Assembly: GCA_965217585.1 (NCBI GenBank)
Contig: OZ244561.1
Span: forward strand, 3,936,001-4,000,000
Direction: 5' to 3'
Origin: Candidatus Latescibacterota bacterium
GTDB taxonomy: Bacteria > Latescibacterota > UBA2968 > UBA8231
Length of the DNA: 64,000 nucleotides
Numbering within the stretch: the stretch's first letter is position 1; each line of letters begins with the position of its first letter. The notes beneath the pieces were generated by a model. The model made no database searches. It saw only the letters and a list, made by a program, of their open reading frames with translations, and was not told the origin of the DNA. Shown in pieces: positions 1 through 8,607 of this stretch. A program made the position numbers and the translations under genes.

Positions 1-2
1 TG

Positions 3-1415
3 CCGACGACCGGCGAGAGAGCCCGGACCCGCTTCGGATCCATCAACTACCTGTGGTACAAAATGTCGGGATCGGACGGCTCGCTGGCACCGGACGGCTC
101 GCTGCGCTGGATCTCGCTGGGGGAACTGCCCGAATCGCCGCGCAACCGGCGCGATATCGTCCACTTCGAGGAGCGCTTTCCCCCGACTAAGTTGCGCTAC
201 ATCCGGCTCCTCTTTGGCATGACCTCTGGTGCGCTCTCGGGCACGACCGCGGAGTTCCAAGTCTTTGGCGAAGGGTTTCCCGCCGCCTTGACGGCACTCT
301 CGCCGATTTTCGACTTGGGCGGGGAAAAGACGGTCTCAGTGCTCGATTGGCAAGCCCAAGTGCCGCCCGATACTCGCCTGGAGATTCGCAGTCGCACCGG
401 CAATTTGCTCGACGAAGAGTACTTTTTCTTCGACAAGAACGGCAAAGAAGTCTCCGCAAGGAAATACGACAAGCTCATTCCCTCTTTTCGCGGACGGATC
501 GACACCGTGCGCACAATAGGCTCGGACTGGAGCAACTGGAGTCCGGTTTACGAGGTTTCCGGCCAGGGTTTTTTGTCGCCGGGACCGCGGCAGTTCGCCC
601 AAATCGAGGTGCAGCTTTTGAGCGAATATCCGTTTAGCGCCCCGGCACTGGAAACGCTGAGCTTGCACTTCCACCCGCCGCTGGTGCAACAGACGCAGGC
701 GGAAATCTACCCGGCCGAGGTCGAGCCGGGCGCGCCCCAAAATTTCACCTATTTCCTCCGCTCAACCGCGACTGCGGCCAACCGAGGATTCGACCAAATC
801 CTGCTGAGTTCGTCGGTCGCAGTGCGCTTCAGAACCTTGCGGATCGACGGGGAAGAAGCCACAGTCCAAGTTGAGAAGCGAGAAGACGGGACCCTGCTCG
901 TCCTCGATCGCGCCGTGCGGCGCTCGGGGCTTTTGGAGATCGACTTCGAGAGTACGCTCTACGTCAACCAGACTCGTTTCGACGCTTTGCTCTTCAACAG
1001 CAATCTGGAGGGTCAGGTGCAACAGGTTGACGCCGGGGATGCCAGCGAAGCTGTGGCGAGCGAGACAGTGTCCGTAGCCCTGCCCACGGACCCCAGTCTG
1101 CTTGATGACCTGACAATCTCGACCCAAGTGCTAACTCCCAACGGCGACGGCGTTGGCGACCGGCTCGCGCTCGAATTTAATCTGCTCAAAGTGCTGGACC
1201 CGCGCACAGTGCGCGTAGCCATTTTCGACCTGACCGGGCGGCAGGTGCATCTTTTGAGCGAAGAGGAGCAAGTGGCCGGACGAGTGGCCTTGGAATGGGA
1301 TGGGCGCGACCATGTCGGCAGTCTGGTGGCACCGGGGAACTACATCCTGCGCGTCGAAGTCAGCGGAGACGCGCGCACCGAACGGGTCAGCCGGATCGTT
1401 TCCGTGGCCTACTGA
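3..1415 (+). CDS. FlgD Ig-like C-terminal domain protein, 5'-partial (frame open back to window start)
   Basis: Frame is open upstream of ATG 63 (PTTGERARTRFGSINYLWYKM). C-terminus TPNGDGVGD...IFDLTGRQV...WDGRD...G.LVAPGNYILRV is a typical FlgD-Ig tail. Confidence 0.8.
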   Translation, partial: PTTGERARTRFGSINYLWYKMSGSDGSLAPDGSLRWISLGELPESPRNRRDIVHFEERFPPTKLRYIRLLFGMTSGALSGTTAEFQVFGEGFPAALTALSPIFDLGGEKTVSVLDWQAQVPPDTRLEIRSRTGNLLDEEYFFFDKNGKEVSARKYDKLIPSFRGRIDTVRTIGSDWSNWSPVYEVSGQGFLSPGPRQFAQIEVQLLSEYPFSAPALETLSLHFHPPLVQQTQAEIYPAEVEPGAPQNFTYFLRSTATAANRGFDQILLSSSVAVRFRTLRIDGEEATVQVEKREDGTLLVLDRAVRRSGLLEIDFESTLYVNQTRFDALLFNSNLEGQVQQVDAGDASEAVASETVSVALPTDPSLLDDLTISTQVLTPNGDGVGDRLALEFNLLKVLDPRTVRVAIFDLTGRQVHLLSEEEQVAGRVALEWDGRDHVGSLVAPGNYILRVEVSGDARTERVSRIVSVAY

Positions 1416-1466
1416 AACCATCCACACCTGATTGGAGCCAGTCTCAAACCCGCCGTGATCAATCTA

Positions 1467-1566
1467 GTCATGCTGAGCGGAGCACAGCGGAGTCGAAGCA
1501 TCTTGTATCTTGGAGGCCAGTTAGGTAGAAGATGCTTCGTCCGCCTATCGGCTCCCTCAGCATGAC
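1467..1566. repeat. REP-like nested palindromic element between convergent genes
   Basis: GTCATGCTGAG (1467-1477) pairs with CTCAGCATGAC (1556-1566). Inner CGAAGCATCTT (1494-1504) pairs with AAGATGCTTCG (1529-1539). Confidence 0.75.
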
Positions 1567-1614
1567 AGGTCCGAGTCAGTCTCAACGGATGCCAGCCGTA
1601 TGCACATCCCCGTC

Positions 1615-4098
1615 CTAGATGTGCAGCCAATAGTTGAACTTCACCAAGAAGATATTGGTCCCCTCGTCCACAAAGCTGCGCCGCAGGTTGTACCCGGGGC
1701 GAAACGCGCCTAGGTCGGAGTCGTCGTGGCGGAACTGCGACCAGACGACGAAAAGGGTGCTGCCCGGCTTGTACTCCCAGCGCAGGACGGCATTGCCTTG
1801 CAGCGAGCGGTTGCGGAAATCAGGGCTTTCCTCCGGGCCGGGATGCACGACAAACGAGTAGGAGCGCGGCCGCGCCAGCTCCTTGAAGTTGGCGTACTGG
1901 CCCGCACTAATAAAAGGCTGGACATAGAGCTCCAAGCTCAAGTCGCGGCTGAAGAGAATGTTGACCCGCGTCGTCAGATCGAGGGTTTGGCTGTCTAGCT
2001 CCCCGTACACGAATTGATCGTCTTCGCCGTCGGCATTCACATCGAAGTTTTCGACCCATTGGGCATCGCTGAAACCCCAGCTATAGCGCGGCCGCAGACT
2101 GATCTCGAACCGCGAGGTAGGCCGGATGCGGATGCTGCCGGAGACCTCGCGGTGGGTGCTGCCGGCCGAGTTGCCCTCCCACTCGTACTCGACCCAGCCA
2201 CTGACCATGAAGCGGTCGTCGCTTTCCAGCTCAATCTCAAAGCCGTCGCTTGCCGGCCTCGCGATTAGGGGACCGCCGCGCGTGTCGAGGTCGTCGAAGG
2301 ACCGCCACATGTGGTAGTAGTCGATGTGGATCCACCAGTAGTTTTTGAGCTGGTGGTGGGTATTGAAGTCAAAGCCGTTTTGCAGGTTGGTGCGGTCGAC
2401 GTTCCAAGTGCCCCAGCGATTGAAGTTGTAGAAATTGCGGCGGAAGATGGCCCAGTCTTCTTCCTTGCGCAGCTGGATCCAGAGCCAAGGATTGTAGAAG
2501 TCGCTGCGCCATTGGAAGCCAAGGTCGTCGATCTCAAAATGCCGCGAATAGGCCTCCCACCAAAGCTCGCCGCGCAACCAGCCGCTGTTTTTGCTCAAGA
2601 CCGCCATATTGCCCAAACCGCCGCGGCGCTGGTCATCCACCGTGGCGCGGCTGCCGGCGAGCTGGCCCCAAAAGGTGTATCCGTTGTCGCGCCACTTGAG
2701 GGTCCAATCCACGCCGCCGGTATAGGCGTCTCGCGCTCGGTCGCGTTGCACAGCCGTCCCCAAGAGGCCGATGTGCGAGTTGCCGGTAAAGAGATCCTGC
2801 TTGACGCGACCGACGAGGAAGTGAGTGCGCGGCTCGACGAGAAAGTCGCGGCGCTCTTGGTACTCCTCATCGGACACCTCGCGCACCATGGTCGTTGCAC
2901 CGCCTGAAGGCGGCGAGAAAGTCGTTGCAATGCGCGCGTACTCCTTGGCGGTAAGCGCCGTCAGCAGGCCAAAGGTGGTTTTGGACGCGGTCTTGCCCGT
3001 CAGCTTGGCCGCGCCCAGAATGGTGGTGGACTCGCTCTCGTTGAGGGCCTCGTGGCCGTCGGGCAACGAGTGAAAGCCGGGCTGGCGGCCAATGCGCCGC
3101 GAGTAGAACAGGTCAATTGGGGTGTCGAAGGTCTCGCCGTCCTCCACGAAGAAGGGACGACGCTCTTCTTGGAACGTCTCAAAGACCGAGAGGTTGAGTT
3201 CGGCCGGGTCGGCCTCCACTTGGCCGAAATCTGGGTTGATCGTGGCGTTGAGCGAGATGTTCGACGACAGCCCGTAGCGCAAGTCCGCGCCGGCATTGCC
3301 GAATAATTCACGCGCATCCGCATAGGTGGAACGACCCACCGAATAGGGCAAAAGCTCCAGCGCGCGCGTAGATCTGACATCCGCTAAGCCCTCTAAGTGG
3401 GCAAAGCGCGAGACCGAGCCGCTTTCCTTGCGCGGGACCATGACCCAGAAGGCCTGTTCCTTCTTGCGGCTGATGTAGCGGGCGACATTGATGCCCCAGT
3501 CCTCGCCGCTGCTAAAGCGGAGGTTGTGGAACGGGATCGCAAACTCCACGCTCCATCCCTCTGCGCCAATGGCATGCGCGGATTCCCACACGCCGTTCCA
3601 AGTGTCGTTGTCCCAACCGTAGTCCTTGATTACAGCGTCGTAGATCGACCCGCCGGCATACACCGCAAAGGCGTAGCCCGTCTGGTGGTCGTGATGCGTG
3701 TCTAAGCTGACTTGGATCCAATCGGCTTCGGTCCACTGGTCGCGGCGCACCAAGCGCGAGACGATCTGCTCGGGTGCCGAATCGTAGGCCATGATCCCCA
3801 CGTAGAGCGCCTCGTCGTCGTACGCCAACTGCACGGTGGTCTTTTCGCTTGCGGGCTGCCCCTCCTCGGGCTCGCGCTGGACGAAGCCCGTAAAGACCGG
3901 GGCCTGCTGCCACACCGGGTCGTCGAGCACGCCGTCGATCTGCGGACGGATGCCTTCTAGACGCACGGCGTCGAGCGCGCGGCCGGGCGCTTGGTGGGCG
4001 TGCAGAACGCGGGGGCCGAGGACCGCACAGGCCACCGATGCCAAGCAATACAGCCAGTTGATCAGCCGAGAGCATACTTCTGTCTTGCGGTTTTGCAT
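1615..4098 (-). CDS. CBM9-like / DUF5916 domain outer-membrane-associated protein
   Basis: N-terminal IDGVLDDPVW...YDDEALYV (CBM9-like), NPDFGQVEADPAELNLSVFETFQEERRPFF motif, terminal FLVKFNYW. Start placed at MQNRK ahead of a signal peptide. Confidence 0.8.
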   Translation of the reverse strand: MQNRKTEVCSRLINWLYCLASVACAVLGPRVLHAHQAPGRALDAVRLEGIRPQIDGVLDDPVWQQAPVFTGFVQREPEEGQPASEKTTVQLAYDDEALYVGIMAYDSAPEQIVSRLVRRDQWTEADWIQVSLDTHHDHQTGYAFAVYAGGSIYDAVIKDYGWDNDTWNGVWESAHAIGAEGWSVEFAIPFHNLRFSSGEDWGINVARYISRKKEQAFWVMVPRKESGSVSRFAHLEGLADVRSTRALELLPYSVGRSTYADARELFGNAGADLRYGLSSNISLNATINPDFGQVEADPAELNLSVFETFQEERRPFFVEDGETFDTPIDLFYSRRIGRQPGFHSLPDGHEALNESESTTILGAAKLTGKTASKTTFGLLTALTAKEYARIATTFSPPSGGATTMVREVSDEEYQERRDFLVEPRTHFLVGRVKQDLFTGNSHIGLLGTAVQRDRARDAYTGGVDWTLKWRDNGYTFWGQLAGSRATVDDQRRGGLGNMAVLSKNSGWLRGELWWEAYSRHFEIDDLGFQWRSDFYNPWLWIQLRKEEDWAIFRRNFYNFNRWGTWNVDRTNLQNGFDFNTHHQLKNYWWIHIDYYHMWRSFDDLDTRGGPLIARPASDGFEIELESDDRFMVSGWVEYEWEGNSAGSTHREVSGSIRIRPTSRFEISLRPRYSWGFSDAQWVENFDVNADGEDDQFVYGELDSQTLDLTTRVNILFSRDLSLELYVQPFISAGQYANFKELARPRSYSFVVHPGPEESPDFRNRSLQGNAVLRWEYKPGSTLFVVWSQFRHDDSDLGAFRPGYNLRRSFVDEGTNIFLVKFNYWLHI

Positions 4099-4138
4099 GT
4101 TTTTTCTGTGTCCTAAGGTCGAAGGGGTTGATATCCCT

Positions 4139-4164
4139 GGGGCAGCGGTTGCCGCCGCTGCCCC
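4139..4164. terminator. GC-rich hairpin downstream of small peptide ORF
   Basis: GGGGCAGCGG-ttgccg-CCGCTGCCCC perfect 10-bp stem. No strong U-tract. Confidence 0.4.
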
Positions 4165-4202
4165 AAGCCGGTTTCGCAATGCCGCTGCGCGTCAAAGAGC
4201 CA

Positions 4203-4295
4203 TTAGCTGAGGAAGCGCAGGAGCGGTATCATCGCGAATACAAAGAGGCTGATGATTGCGTACATCAGTCCTTGGTTGATGATCTCGCGTCGCAT
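4203..4295 (-). CDS. 30-aa single-TM small protein (MRREIINQGLMYAIISLFVFAMIPLLRFLS)
   Basis: AAGGAG Shine-Dalgarno about 9 nt upstream of ATG. One hydrophobic helix. Confidence 0.55.
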   Translation of the reverse strand: MRREIINQGLMYAIISLFVFAMIPLLRFLS

Positions 4296-4385
4296 CGTGT
4301 GGTTGCTCCTTGCGATGAGGTCCTTGGGTGGCTTGGTGAATGTCGCGCAGACCCGCTGCCGTCCGCCCGGGGTGGGCGACTTCAC

Positions 4386-4432
4386 AAAAAAAGAGGCCGC
4401 AGCGCGTTGTCATTTTCGCGCCACGGCCTCTT
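4386..4432 (-). terminator. Rho-independent terminator (minus strand)
   Basis: AAGAGGCCG (4391-4399) and CGGCCTCTT (4424-4432) form a stem ending in a T7 run on the minus strand. Confidence 0.6.
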
Positions 4433-4626
4433 GCCACGTTAAGCTCTTGCAAAGAAGAGCTTCAGTCGGGGACAGAGCCCCGTCCCCTCGGCGCGAATTG
4501 GGTCTTTTCGAGTTGCACATCGGCAGCTAGACAGGCGCACCCACCATATAAATTTCCTCCGGCGGCTATGCGCGGCGTCCCGCGCATGTCGAAGCGATGT
4601 ACACCTATCATTTTCATCCTCCTGTG

Positions 4627-4657
4627 GTTTCAATCCACGCCCCCACACGGGGGCGAC
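4627..4657 (-). CRISPR. Solitary type I-C-like CRISPR repeat (no array, no cas genes in window)
   Basis: Minus strand GTCGCCCCCGTGTGGGGGCGTGGATTGAAAC: 5' GTCGC, palindromic CCCCC/GGGGG stem, 3' GTGGATTGAAAC. AT-rich leader-like region at 4660-4770. Confidence 0.75.
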
Positions 4658-4794
4658 GCAGCCGCGAGAGTTTAGAGTTTATTGTTGCCCTATAAATCTA
4701 GTTACGAGGGGGCGTAAAACAGTGTCAAGGGACGCGTAAAAAATTTTCAGAAAAAGTGCAGTGGGGTTAAATCAGGCGCTGGGAGATCTCGCAA

Positions 4795-5697
4795 TTAGGG
4801 GCCGATCCAATAGAGCAGAATCGACAGCCCGAGTGGACTCCACAAGGTCGAACCAATGAGAATGCCGCCGAGCAGATCGGGGCGCGCGTCAAAGCGCACG
4901 GTCAGGATGAGGGCGTTGATAGCCGTAGGCAGGCAGGAGCACAGCAGCAGCACGTCGCGCACCGCTCCCTGCGCGCCGATGAGCAGCGTCAGGCCGATGC
5001 CAATCGCCGGCCCCAACAAGACCTTAGCGCCAATGCCGCCGTACAGAGCGGCCGAGCTGCGGCCGCGGAGGGGGATGCACGAGACTTGGACCCCGAGCAG
5101 GATGATGGCGATGATCGGGCCGGCCCTACCGATCAGATCGGCCGCGTCGAGGACGGAGGCCGGGATCGGTACAGCGAGGGCATTGACGGCCAAAGCCAGG
5201 GCCGCGGTGTAAATCAGCGGTAGTCTGAAAATGCTCTTGAACGCTTGCAGCGGGCTTTGCCGCCCTCCAGCGGCGATGTAGGTGCCTAGCGACGCGGCCA
5301 TAACATTGCCGTACACAAAGAGCAGCATGACGATCGCTAGTGCCTCGTCGCCAAAGGCGAAGAGCACGACGGGGACGCCATACGAGGCGATGTTGACCGT
5401 CGGGAGGGAGAGGGTGACCGCGCTGCGGGTGGGTTTGTCCCAGCCGGCCAGATGAGCCACGAGCGCAATGACGGGCATACTGACCAGGTACATCCCAACC
5501 TGCCAAGCGAAGGCTTGGGCGGCCGCCACGCCGGTAACCGGGTGGCGCACCAGCGCCGAAAACATCAAAAAGGGCAGGCAGATGTATATGGCCACATCGG
5601 CCAAGGGGGCGGGGTCAATGGAGCGCCGCCGCCCCAACAGATAGCCGCAGCCGATGAGGACGAAGAGCGGGGCAATGACGTCGAGCAGAAAGGCCAT
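4795..5697 (-). CDS. AEC (auxin efflux carrier) family transporter
   Basis: About 10 TM helices, N.ASYGVPVVLFAFG and LPTAINA motifs. Confidence 0.85.
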   Translation of the reverse strand: MAFLLDVIAPLFVLIGCGYLLGRRRSIDPAPLADVAIYICLPFLMFSALVRHPVTGVAAAQAFAWQVGMYLVSMPVIALVAHLAGWDKPTRSAVTLSLPTVNIASYGVPVVLFAFGDEALAIVMLLFVYGNVMAASLGTYIAAGGRQSPLQAFKSIFRLPLIYTAALALAVNALAVPIPASVLDAADLIGRAGPIIAIILLGVQVSCIPLRGRSSAALYGGIGAKVLLGPAIGIGLTLLIGAQGAVRDVLLLCSCLPTAINALILTVRFDARPDLLGGILIGSTLWSPLGLSILLYWIGP

Positions 5698-5733
5698 TAC
5701 CGCAAAAGGCGGCAGGCGTGGGCAGGGCCGATG

Positions 5734-6807
5734 TTACACCTGCTCTTCCCGGCCCGAAGCGGCCGAGCGGTACGCTGCGTCGAGCATTTCCACCCCGCGC
5801 ATGGCCGCTTCGCCCGGGGTCCAGTTGACGTCGGTTTTGCCCAAGATCAGGTCGGCAAAGTTGTTGGGCGGACCATCGCACTCGTAGGCCCCCGCGTCCT
5901 CGGCGACCTCCTCGACGACGTGTTGGCCATCGTGGCGGCGCAGGTGCATGCGAGCGCGCTCGCAATCGATGAGCAGCATGCCCTCCGAGCCGAAGAGGCG
6001 CAAATCGACCTGAAAGGTCTGGTCTGTCGGCACGGTGCCAGCGCCGCTGACTGTACCCACGGCTCCCGAAGTAAAGCGCACCGTCAGCGCGTCGTACAGG
6101 TCAACTTCGGCCCCGGGCGCGCTCATGGCGGCAAAGACGCGCTCGGCGCGCAGCCCGGACAGCCAGAACAGCAGCCCCGAGGAGTGCGATATTTGCGCGT
6201 GGGCATAGCCGCCGTCGGCAATGGCCGGGTCGGCCCACGTAGAGGGCGTGGGACCGAAGAGGCTGGCACTGTCCTGCCCGGAAATGTCGGACACATCGAC
6301 CTCTTCCCCCGAAAGCAGGGCGCGGATCGGCGAAGCCATGTGGCAGAGCGCGAATTCGAGCTCGCCGATGGCTTGGTCGTCCATCAGCGCCTTGGCCCGC
6401 TGGATAAAAGGCTTGTGGTGCCAGCCATAGGGCACGAGCAAGTGGCGGTCTCGCTCGGCAGCGAGGCGCACCAATTCGCGCGCGTCGGCAGCGCGGGTGG
6501 TCAGGGGTTTTTCGCACATCACGTGCAGGCCCGCCTCCAAGGCGGCGCGCGCGTGTTCGTGGTGCAGGGTATGCGGCGAGGCTACGACGACCCCGTCGAG
6601 TTCGCATTGGGCCAATAGCTCTCGGTAGTCTTGGGTGGCAAACGCGAATCCGAAGTGGTCCCGCACCTGCTCTAGCTCGGCTTGGCCCAAGCGGCACACG
6701 GCCGTCAGTTCGACATCGTCGCGGGCGGCAAAAACGGGCATGTGGTTGCTGGTGGCCCACCAGCCAGCGCCGATAAACCCGAGGCGCACTTTGTCTTGGG
6801 TACTCAT
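5734..6807 (-). CDS. Gfo/Idh/MocA family oxidoreductase
   Basis: GFIGAGWWA Rossmann motif and HVMCEKP motif. Start MSTQDK with AAGGAG RBS. Confidence 0.9.
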   Translation of the reverse strand: MSTQDKVRLGFIGAGWWATSNHMPVFAARDDVELTAVCRLGQAELEQVRDHFGFAFATQDYRELLAQCELDGVVVASPHTLHHEHARAALEAGLHVMCEKPLTTRAADARELVRLAAERDRHLLVPYGWHHKPFIQRAKALMDDQAIGELEFALCHMASPIRALLSGEEVDVSDISGQDSASLFGPTPSTWADPAIADGGYAHAQISHSSGLLFWLSGLRAERVFAAMSAPGAEVDLYDALTVRFTSGAVGTVSGAGTVPTDQTFQVDLRLFGSEGMLLIDCERARMHLRRHDGQHVVEEVAEDAGAYECDGPPNNFADLILGKTDVNWTPGEAAMRGVEMLDAAYRSAASGREEQV

Positions 6808-7038
6808 GGGCGATTGCTCCTTGGTTGGAGCGGCTAATGTAGGAGCGAGGGATCGGCGTAGCAAGTGCGGTGTCATTACAAATTAATTTGCCTACCGGCT
6901 TATTTTTTTCCTTTAATTATCTGACTTACGCACGAGTCCCTTATCGACGATCGACGCCTGACCATTCGCACGCCTGCCTTAGCTATCGCTTTAAATTTCA
7001 TATCCCTATTATATCTCTCACCCACAAGGAAGGAAGAA

Positions 7039-7797
7039 ATGGCTGCCCCCATAGCGCTTCAGCTCTACACGGTCCGCGAGGCTCTCGCTCGCAACTTCAA
7101 GTCCGTGGTCACCCGGATTGCCGAGATAGGGTACGTCGGAGTCGAAACGGCCGGATTCCCCGGCATCGGAGCAGATGAAGCCAGCGACCTATTTGCCGAT
7201 CTGGGGTTAGACGTATGCAGCGTGCATACGCAACTGCCCTTGGGCAAACAAAAAAACCAAGTCATCGAACTGGCCCTCGAGCTGGAAGCCACCCGCATAG
7301 TGTCTTCCACGCCGCGCGATGCCTTCGCCAGCGCGGATGCGCTCAAGGCGCTTTGCGACCGCTGGAACCAAGCCGCCGAGATCGCCGCCGAGAACGGGTT
7401 GGAGTTGGGCCTGCACAATCACTGGTGGGAATTCCAAGAAGTGGACGGGCGTCCGGGCTTTGATCAGCTAGTCGACGCACTCGACGAGTCCATCTTCTTC
7501 CAGGTCGATACCTATTGGGTCAATACCGGCGGCGGCGACTCGGTGCAGGTGGTCGAGGAGTTGGGCGAGCGAGCGCCGCTTTTGCACATCAAAGACGGCC
7601 CGTGCGCCGACCCCGCGCAGGACATGCTCGCCGTCGGCGAGGGAGCCATGGATTTCCCGCCCATTATCGAGGCCAGCTACGGGACCTGCGACTGGCTGAT
7701 CGTCGAGTTGGACCGCTGCGCGACCGACATGATGGAAGCCGTAGAAAAAAGCTATCAATACCTCGTTGGCAACGAGTTGGCGCGCGGTGCCAGATAA
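7039..7797 (+). CDS. Sugar phosphate isomerase/epimerase (xylose isomerase-like TIM barrel)
   Basis: IALQLYTVR, LHNHWWEF, QVDTYW, LHIKD and IVELD metal-binding motifs. Confidence 0.9.
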   Translation: MAAPIALQLYTVREALARNFKSVVTRIAEIGYVGVETAGFPGIGADEASDLFADLGLDVCSVHTQLPLGKQKNQVIELALELEATRIVSSTPRDAFASADALKALCDRWNQAAEIAAENGLELGLHNHWWEFQEVDGRPGFDQLVDALDESIFFQVDTYWVNTGGGDSVQVVEELGERAPLLHIKDGPCADPAQDMLAVGEGAMDFPPIIEASYGTCDWLIVELDRCATDMMEAVEKSYQYLVGNELARGAR

Positions 7798-7812
7798 CGC
7801 AAAAGGAGCGTC

Positions 7813-8463
7813 ATGGCAAAGAAAGCAATCATGGTTTGGGGTGGCTGGGAGGGGCACGAGCCCAAGCAGTGCGTCGATATTTTCGCACCCATCTTAGAGG
7901 AAGAAGGGTTCGCGGTAACCATTTCGGACACCCTCGACACGTACAAAGACCGCGACCTAATGGCCGAGCAGGATCTGGTGGTGCCGGCGTGGACGATGGG
8001 TCAGATCGAAGGAGAGCAAGAACAAGGGCTGCTCGCGGCCGTTGATCGCGGTGCCGGCGTGGCGGGCTGGCACGGCTGCATGGCCGATTCGTTCCGCAAC
8101 AATACCACCTATCAGTTCATGGTCGGCGGCCAGTTTGTGGCCCACCCAGACGGGATCATCGACTACACGGTCAACATCGCGGCCCCAGACGACCCAATCG
8201 TCGCCGGCCTAGACGACTTTCAAATGCACTCCGAGCAGTACTACATGCACACCGACCCAGGCAATCAGGTGCTGGCCACGACGACCCTAGAGGGCCGCCA
8301 GAGTGCGTCTTGGGTCAACGGGACGGTCATGCCGGTGGTGTGGAAGCGCGCGTGGGGAGCGGGTCGGGTGTTCTACTCGTCGCTGGGCCACGTAGCGCGG
8401 GACTTCGACGTGTCCGAAGCGCGCGAAATCCAGCGGCGCGGCATGCTCTGGGCCAGCCGCTGA
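7813..8463 (+). CDS. ThuA (trehalose utilization)-like domain protein
   Basis: [14 protein letters not shown] and [10 protein letters not shown] motifs. Confidence 0.9.
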   Translation: MAKKAIMVWGGWEGHEPKQCVDIFAPILEEEGFAVTISDTLDTYKDRDLMAEQDLVVPAWTMGQIEGEQEQGLLAAVDRGAGVAGWHGCMADSFRNNTTYQFMVGGQFVAHPDGIIDYTVNIAAPDDPIVAGLDDFQMHSEQYYMHTDPGNQVLATTTLEGRQSASWVNGTVMPVVWKRAWGAGRVFYSSLGHVARDFDVSEAREIQRRGMLWASR

Positions 8464-8478
8464 GGAGGAAGTCGCGCG

Positions 8479-8607
8479 ATGAAGCTCCGCAAAAACGGCC
8501 TCGACCTTCCCTCGCAGGCGTGCCTCTTTTGGGGCCTTGGGCTGGCGGCGGGTCTCCTCTTGGTCGTCCTGACGTGGTGGCTTATACAACGGCTGTCTGA
8601 GGAATGA
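8479..8607 (+). CDS. 42-aa single-TM small protein (MKLRKNGLDLPSQACLFWGLGLAAGLLLVVLTWWLIQRLSEE)
   Basis: GAGGAGG RBS upstream. Stop overlaps next start (ATGA at 8604). Fills the operon gap exactly. Confidence 0.65.
   Translation: MKLRKNGLDLPSQACLFWGLGLAAGLLLVVLTWWLIQRLSEE

Noticed and set aside
4386-4520. Riboswitch upstream of the small peptide and DUF5916 gene
   Set aside because: Hairpins and a terminator are present, but I could not match any known aptamer consensus.
4550-4592. Possible degenerate second CRISPR repeat one spacer-length from the lone repeat
   Set aside because: Only a hairpin and a trailing GAAAT. No real sequence identity to the repeat, so not called an array.
5452-6618. 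Long antisense or alternate-frame ORFs (also 58413-59630, 61551-62996, 30239-31192)
   Set aside because: Shadow ORFs of well-supported genes in GC-rich DNA, with no recognisable motifs.
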